Shown: piece after piece, positions 57,791-64,000 of the stretch
How positions within the stretch are numbered: position 1 is the first letter of the stretch
Layout: each line of letters begins with the position of its first letter
Origin: an uncultured Spirochaetota bacterium
Lineage (GTDB): Bacteria; Spirochaetota; Spirochaetia; SZUA-6; Fen-1364
Direction: 5' to 3'
DNA length: 64,000 nucleotides
Assembly: GCA_963781885.1 (NCBI GenBank)
Contig: CAWAHW010000002.1
Coordinates: 256,001-320,000, forward strand
Made by a program: the position numbers and the translations under genes
The notes under the pieces: model-generated
Told to the model about the DNA's origin: nothing
Database searches by the model: none
Seen by the model: the letters and a program-made list of their open reading frames with translations, nothing else

Positions 57791-58762
57791 CTATTCCAGG
57801 GCCGCGAGAATCGAAAGGAAATTTTCCGGCATCGGCGCGTGGATTCTGATACGCGCTCCCGTCACCGGGTGGACGAACTCCATCCGCGACGCATGGAGAC
57901 AATGCCGGGCCGGTGCCTCATTTTCCCCACCGCGGGCATTCACGTGGTCAAGAAACATCCGTTCATCACGGTAGAGAAGATCGCCGGCGACCGGATGCCC
58001 CTGGGATGCCAGATGCACCCGTATCTGGTGCTGGCGGCCGGTGAGGGGGGAGGCGCGCACGAGGCTGTGCGCGGCGTAAATCCAAAGCACCTCATAGGTG
58101 GTGACGGACGGCAGGCCGTCCGGGCGGACGGTCATCTTCAGGCGCACGCTGCTTGTCTCGTCCGGGCCGAGAGGGAGCTCGATACGGCCTCGGTCCTCCG
58201 CCATTCGTCCTTCCACCAGGGCGATGTACTCCTTCGACAACTGCCTGCCCGTCATGAGGGCCTGCATGGCCTTGTGCATCGCTTGTGTCTTTGCGACCAG
58301 CACGATCCCGCTCGTCCCCGCGTCCAGGCGATTCACGAGGGTGGGGTAGCGGCTCATGTCCCCCTGGGTGAGACTCGCGCGGATCTCCCGTGCGCTGCGT
58401 TCCCGTGCGAACTGCACGAGCGTGCCGGTCTGCTTGCGGCCGACGGGATGCGACACCATGCCCGCGGGCTTGTCCAGGGCGAGGAGAAAATCGTCCTCGA
58501 AAAGGACGGGAACGGACGAGGCCCGGCGCAGATCGGGCGGTCCACGCCACGCGACGGTGATCCTGTCGCCGCTGCGCAGCCGCGTCGCCGTGGAGTAGCG
58601 CCTGCCGTTCAGGAGCGATTCGCCCATCTGGATCTTCTGCCGGACGCGGCCGCGCGACAGGAAGGGGAGCTCGCGCGAGAGATAGGCGTCCGCCCGCAGC
58701 CCGTCGCTCCGGGCGTCCACGATGAGCACCGAAGGGGCCTCCTCAGGTGCGCCGATAGGCAT
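57791..58762 (-). CDS. RluA/RluD-family pseudouridine synthase with S4 domain
   Basis: RADAYL, DKPAG, NRLDAGTSG and TGRQHQIRVH motifs. Confidence 0.9.
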   Translation of the reverse strand: MPIGAPEEAPSVLIVDARSDGLRADAYLSRELPFLSRGRVRQKIQMGESLLNGRRYSTATRLRSGDRITVAWRGPPDLRRASSVPVLFEDDFLLALDKPAGMVSHPVGRKQTGTLVQFARERSAREIRASLTQGDMSRYPTLVNRLDAGTSGIVLVAKTQAMHKAMQALMTGRQLSKEYIALVEGRMAEDRGRIELPLGPDETSSVRLKMTVRPDGLPSVTTYEVLWIYAAHSLVRASPLTGRQHQIRVHLASQGHPVAGDLLYRDERMFLDHVNARGGENEAPARHCLHASRMEFVHPVTGARIRIHAPMPENFLSILAALE

Positions 58763-61455
58763 CGAGGACTTCACGGATCTTGAGCAGGAGGGACTCGGGG
58801 GTGAAAGGCTTCTGGAGGAAGGCGAGGCCGGGATGGAGCAGGCCGTGGTTGTCGATCACGTCCGGCGTGTACCCCGACATGAAGAGGGTGGGAAGATCGG
58901 GCCGCGACGCCTTCATGTGCTCGATGAGGTCGCGGCCGCCGATGCCCGGGAGCACGACATCCGTCACGACCAGGTCGATGTGCGCGCTGTTGGCCTGGAA
59001 TATTTCCTTTGCATGCTCCCCGTTGTCGGCCTCCATGACCGTATAGCCGTTGCTGACGAGCACGTTGCGCACCAGCGCGCGGATCATCGACTCGTCCTCC
59101 ACGAGAAGGATCGACTCGTTGCCCCCGCGCACGTCGCCCGGCACGCCCGCGGCCGTGGCGTCGACCGCACCGTGCGCGCGGGGGAAGAAGATGTCGAAGG
59201 TCGTCCCCTCCCCGGGCACGCTCTCCACCCAGATGTACCCTCCCGTCTGCTTCACGATGCCGTAGACGGTCGACAAGCCGAGACCGGTCCCCTTGCCCAC
59301 CTCCTTTGTCGTGAAGAAAGGCTCGAAGAGGTGGGAGCGTGTCTCGCGGTCCATGCCGATGCCGTCGTCCGCGATGCGCAGCCGCACGTAATCCCCGCGC
59401 ATGACTTCCATGCGGCTGTCGCGGCGCGAGGACTCCAGGAACACGTTCGTCGTCTCCAGGCGTATCCGTCCGCCCCGCGGCATCGCGTCGCGCGAGTTGA
59501 TGCAGAGGTTCATGATCACCTGCTCCACCTGCCCGGGATCGGCGAGCACGGCCCCGAGATCGGGCGCGGCGACCGTATCGAGCGCGATGTCCTCCCCGAG
59601 CAGACCGGTGCAGCATCTTCTCCAGGTTGGCGACGAGCCGGTTCAGGTCGATCACCTTCGGCTTCATGACCTGCCGACGGCTGAAGGCAAGGAGCTGCTG
59701 GGTGAGACCCGCCGCGCGGACCCCGGCCTTCTTGATCTCGTCCAGATTTTTCTGGAGCATGTCCTGGTCCCCGAGATTGAGCCGGGAATAATCGCAGTAG
59801 CCGATGATCGCCGTGAGGAGATTGTTGAAGTCGTGAGCCACCCCACCGGCGAGCCTCCCGACCGCCTCCATCTTCTGCGCCTGGTTGAGCTGCTCGAGCA
59901 GACGCGCGCGCTCCGAGACGTCGCGCGCCACACCGTACACCTGGCGCTTGCCCGACGGGCCGGCATCCGCGGTGAGATGCAGCTCGAAGATGATCTTCCT
60001 GCCGCCGGTGAGCGGCGCCTCCATCTGCATCTCCCGGTCAATGCGTCCCGTCCCGTTCAGAAGCTCCCAAAGAAGCCCGGCGGTCCGGTCCTTGTCCTCG
60101 GCCGGCATGAGATCGGTCATCTGCCGTCCCACGAGATCCGGGATCGGGGCGCCGATCACCGGCTGGAGCCGCGGGCTTACAAACGTGAAGCGCCCATGCT
60201 CTTCCAGCGTGAAGATCACGTCATTCACGCGCTCGGTCATGAGCCGGTATTGCCGCTCGGATTCCACAAGCTGCGCGCTGCGCGCCTGGAGGCTTTCCAC
60301 CATGGCATTGAAGGAGTTCGCGAGGTGCGTGACCTCCTCTCCACCCTTGATGCTGATCCGGTAGTCGAGGTTGCCGCTGCTGATCGTCCGCGTTCCCTCC
60401 AGGAGGTGGATGAAGGGCAGCGACAGCGCCCTGCTCACGAGTATTCCCAGCGCGAGTGACAGCGCGATGCCGATGAGCAGCAGGAGGATGGACTGGCGCC
60501 ACAGCACGTTGGCGGGGAGAAAGGCATCCTGCACGGGCTGCTGCACGGCGATGACCCAATCCAGGAGACCGATCGCGGCGTAAGCGGTCAGGTACCGGTC
60601 GATGCCGTGCTCTTTTTCCACCCGAACGGCCCCGGCGGCCGGGAGGTCGCGGGGCGGGGGCGGGGTGGCCGGGGCGCTGGACGGCGCGATGACGCGTGTC
60701 TTGTCCGGGTGGGCGATAAGCGTCCCGTCCCGGGTGACCAGGTAGGCGACCTTCTTCCCCCCCACCGATATCTGGTCCACGAGATCCCAGATGCTGCGCA
60801 GGTGCAGCTCCGCGGCGAGCCATCCCCGGGCCCCCGAGGCGGTGCGCGCCGGCGTCGAGATGATCACGTACGGTGTGAAGTCTTCCGCGACCTTCACCGC
60901 GGAATCGATGCTTTGACCGGCCAGGATGCGGTCGCGGACCTCCGGATCGATGAGCGCGTCCCCCGCCGTCGGGAGCTGGCTGTCCACGATGACATTCCCG
61001 TTCGGATCGAGGAAGGCGATCCACCGGAACTTGCGGAATTCCAGGGAAAGGTTGGAGAGCACGGTTTTCTGCACCCACGTCGTGTAAGGCAACGGCCCGA
61101 GGATGCTTCCCAGGGAGTCCAGCTCGTCGATGGCGTCCGTCACGTAGCGGGCGATTTCGCGGGAGGCCTGCTGGGCGATTTCGAGGTTGCGCTGCTCGAT
61201 GGTGTTCCGCAACGCATTTCCCGACTGGAAGTAGAGACTCCCGACGGAGACGGCGATGCAGACGAAGGACACGCCGACCAGGGAGCCGAAGATGCGCGCC
61301 GCGATGCTTCGCCAATACGACGACAGCCTCACGTTCGGTCCCGGCTCTTCCGCAGATCGGCGGACGTCAGTATCGCGCGCACGGGATAGTCCATGGCTTC
61401 CTTTCCGCTTCCGCGCCGCAGCGAATCGACGAACAGTGCGCAGGCGGTTTTGCAT
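58743..61455 (-). CDS. Membrane hybrid histidine kinase (Cache-HAMP-PAS-HisKA-HATPase-REC), with a +1 frameshift near 59604-59606
   Basis: GGVAHDFNN H-box, then EPFFTTK, GTGLGLS and receiver domain in the next frame; removing one base gives MLHRLLGEDIAL; start uncertain. Confidence 0.85.
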
Positions 61456-61687
61456 GTCGGCGCCGGGGCCTTCCCTGACGCATTTCTTCACCGCCCCTTT
61501 CTACGATAGCAATCGTGCCGGTGTTCGACAAGGGCGGCGTCGACCGGCTCCGCCGTTGCGTCCGCTATGCTTGCATTTTCGACTCGATGCCGCACTATAG
61601 CCAATCGCCGGATTCTGGAATAGAAGGCGCCTCGTCGTCTTGCAGGGGGACGGGTTCCATGTTTGACTCTGAGCCCGGGAGAATGGA

Positions 61688-62521
61688 ATGGCGCTCTTGC
61701 TTGCAGGCTTTTCAGCACTTCTGTACGGGGTCGGTGATTTCTGCGGCGGCCTTGCGACGCGCAGGAGCCCGGTCCCCGTCGTGCTCGCCTTCTCCCAGCT
61801 CGTCGGTCTTGCGATCGCACTCGGCGGGGCGTTGCTGCTCGGACAGCGACCGCCCACCTTCGCCGACGCTGCGTGGGGAGCCATTGCGGGTGTGTGCGGC
61901 GCGGCGGGGCTCGCGGCGCTGTACTCGGCGCTTGCCACGACGCTCGTCGCAGTAGCCTCGCCGGTTGCCGCGGTGACCGGTGCGGGCATTCCCGTGCTTC
62001 TTGGCGTCGTGACCGGGGAGAGGCCGGCCCTCCCTGCCTGTGTGGGGATGGGGCTGGCCCTCGCCGCGATCGTGCTCCTGACCGCGGGCCGCGCCGGAAA
62101 AAAGGGTGACGGGACGGTGCGCCGCGCATTCCTTCTGGGCGCGGCCGCCGGCGTCGGCTTCGGCCTCTTTTTCTTCGCCATCTCGCGCACCGGGCACGGC
62201 TCGGGTCTCTGGCCGCTCGTCGCTGCCCGCGCCGCGACCCTGTTCCTCGTCGGGGGTATCGCCCTTGCAACAGGTGGTTTGCGGAAACCGGGGCCGGGTC
62301 TCCCCCTGGCGCTTCTCTGCGGCTGCCTCGACATGGGGGCGAATATCGCTTTTCTCCTGGCCTCGCGTCAGGGGCTTCTCTCCCTCACGGCGGTCGTGAC
62401 GTCCCTGTACCCCGCGCCGACGGTGCTCCTCGCCATGGTCGTCTTCCGCGAGCGTCTCACGCCGCTGCGCGCGGCGGGTCTCGTCGTCGCAATCGCCGGT
62501 GTCGCCCTCATTTCCTTGTGA
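61688..62521 (+). CDS. EamA/DMT family transporter
   Basis: About 10 TM helices; YGVGDFCGG and SLYPAPTVLLA...ERL motifs. Confidence 0.85.
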   Translation: MALLLAGFSALLYGVGDFCGGLATRRSPVPVVLAFSQLVGLAIALGGALLLGQRPPTFADAAWGAIAGVCGAAGLAALYSALATTLVAVASPVAAVTGAGIPVLLGVVTGERPALPACVGMGLALAAIVLLTAGRAGKKGDGTVRRAFLLGAAAGVGFGLFFFAISRTGHGSGLWPLVAARAATLFLVGGIALATGGLRKPGPGLPLALLCGCLDMGANIAFLLASRQGLLSLTAVVTSLYPAPTVLLAMVVFRERLTPLRAAGLVVAIAGVALISL

Positions 62522-62645
62522 AGTCTCCCCGTGACGCGGCCCGCGGCAGTCCCGCCCGGGCGCCGGATTCGGAATTGAAGGAATTGTCGACAGTTCTTGC
62601 ACAATCCCCGCCTGAGGGCTATAACGGGCAATCGACGGAGGCCCT

Positions 62646-63452
62646 ATGAAATCTCGACTCGCCTTCATTGCCGCGGCGTGCGCATTGCTCGTGCTCACCG
62701 GCTGCATCGACACGAATACGAAAATCACCGTGAAGCCGGACGGCAGCGGGACGATCGAACGGACGATCGTTCTCAGCAAGCACTTCGCCGAGTTCATGGC
62801 GAGCATGGGCAACAAGGACTCACCGGAGAAGATCGAGAGCGGCATGCTGAATGAGAAGGGCCTCAAGGACGAGGCATCCCGGATGGGAAGCGGCGTCACC
62901 TTCGTGTCGGCGCAGAAGATCACGACCGACAAGGGAAACGGCTACAAGGTCGTCTATGCCTTCAAGGACATCGGCAAGCTGAAGCTGAGCCAGAGCCCGT
63001 CGGCGGGTCTCAGCGCGCCTTCCGGGGGCTCCAGTACGACGGACACCGCCCCGGCGGAGAACATCACCTTCACCTTTGCCCCCGGGTCTCCCGCCACCCT
63101 CACGATCGCCTCGCCGAAGCCGACGCCCGCCTCCCGGCCGGCCGCATCCGCGGCAAGCAGCGCCGACCAGGACAAGATGATGGCGCAGCTCCGGCCGCTG
63201 TATGCCGACATGCACATCGTGCTCACGATCGTCGTCCAGGGGCAGATCACGAACACCAACGCCGCCTACGTCGACGGCTCCACGGTGACCCTCGTCGACA
63301 TGGATTTTGCGAAAATCCTGGCTGACGATGCGACCTTCAAGAAGCTGTCGTCATCGCAAACGCAGTCGATGACCGACATTCAGAAGATGGTGAAGGCGAT
63401 ACCCGGCGTGAAGATCGACAACCAGGACAAGGTGACGATCTCTTTCAAATAG
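62646..63452 (+). CDS. Hypothetical lipoprotein
   Basis: Lipobox LTGC followed by ITVKPDGSG; GGAGG RBS. Confidence 0.75.
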   Translation: MKSRLAFIAAACALLVLTGCIDTNTKITVKPDGSGTIERTIVLSKHFAEFMASMGNKDSPEKIESGMLNEKGLKDEASRMGSGVTFVSAQKITTDKGNGYKVVYAFKDIGKLKLSQSPSAGLSAPSGGSSTTDTAPAENITFTFAPGSPATLTIASPKPTPASRPAASAASSADQDKMMAQLRPLYADMHIVLTIVVQGQITNTNAAYVDGSTVTLVDMDFAKILADDATFKKLSSSQTQSMTDIQKMVKAIPGVKIDNQDKVTISFK

Positions 63453-63495
63453 AAGGGACCGCCGCACGGTGGCGGGCGACCCAGGGGGACAAAAG

Positions 63496-63717
63496 ATGAA
63501 TCGGACTACATCAAAGATCGTTGGCGTCATCGCCATCATCCTGTCGCTCGGCTCGGCCGCGCTCGCCGTCTTCTACTGGATGGGGACCGTCGTGACGGAC
63601 CAGCCCCACACGAAGCACGGTCTGCTCTTTGCCGGCATCTTCGTGATCCTTCTGCTCTTCGGCATCATCTCGGTGCGGGCAAAAGGCAGATCGACGGAGA
63701 GCGGCGCCGGAAAATAG
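63496..63717 (+). CDS. Small two-TM membrane protein
   Basis: Two hydrophobic helices with an HTKH loop. Confidence 0.6.
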   Translation: MNRTTSKIVGVIAIILSLGSAALAVFYWMGTVVTDQPHTKHGLLFAGIFVILLLFGIISVRAKGRSTESGAGK

Positions 63718-63731
63718 GACGCATCGGGCTC

Positions 63732-64000
63732 CTAGCGGACCAGCGCCACGACGAGAACCAGCGACGCGAGCCCCCAGCGGTAATAGACGAACGCGCGCAT
63801 CGAATGCTTCTGGAGATAGGACAGGAGCAGCTTGATGCAGAGGAAGCCGGAGACCGCGGCGACCACGAAGCCAACGGGGAAGATGATCAGCTCCGATCGC
63901 GGGATTGCCCCCGAGCTCGCCCCGCTCACGAGCTCGTAAAGGCTCTTGATGCCCGCTCCCGCGATGATGGGCGCGGAGAGCAGGAAGGAAAAGCGCGCGG
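63732..64000 (-). CDS. uppP: Undecaprenyl-diphosphatase, 3' part (runs off the window)
   Basis: ARFSFLLSAPIIAGA and F..YR motifs. Confidence 0.88.
   Translation of the reverse strand, partial: ARFSFLLSAPIIAGAGIKSLYELVSGASSGAIPRSELIIFPVGFVVAAVSGFLCIKLLLSYLQKHSMRAFVYYRWGLASLVLVVALVR

Overview
High-GC window from what looks like a Spirochaetota (Spirochaetia) chromosome. The assignment rests on spirochete-type genes: fused pyrBI, the cysS-ECF sigma-anti-sigma block, a tandem cNMP-binding protein and a DbpA-domain protein. It is mostly housekeeping: pyrC/pyrBI/DHODH-like, ackA, murB, cysS, alr, ilvC, trmB, dksA, infA, argJ, purC, clpP, mtnP, era, nth, argR, htrA, uppP, a Ugp-like ABC transporter, two sensor kinases and three tRNAs (Cys, Pro, Arg). 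I see no integrase, transposase, prophage or CRISPR array. The most interesting signal is non-coding and lies in the clpP/mtnP intergenic region. It holds an orphan ~95-nt minus-strand transcription unit (consensus sigma70 promoter, pseudoknot-capable hairpin, strong terminator). Back-to-back with it is a highly structured mtnP leader, and the two are complementary over 9 nt. Other points: a dispersed palindromic repeat family, a DOMON/small TM peptide/Asp-substituted 2Fe-2S module, a motif-dead DEAD-box protein, Fe-S ligand substitutions, many apparently leaderless genes, and four single-base frameshifts that are probably assembly indels. All calls come from reading the sequence; no database searches were run.
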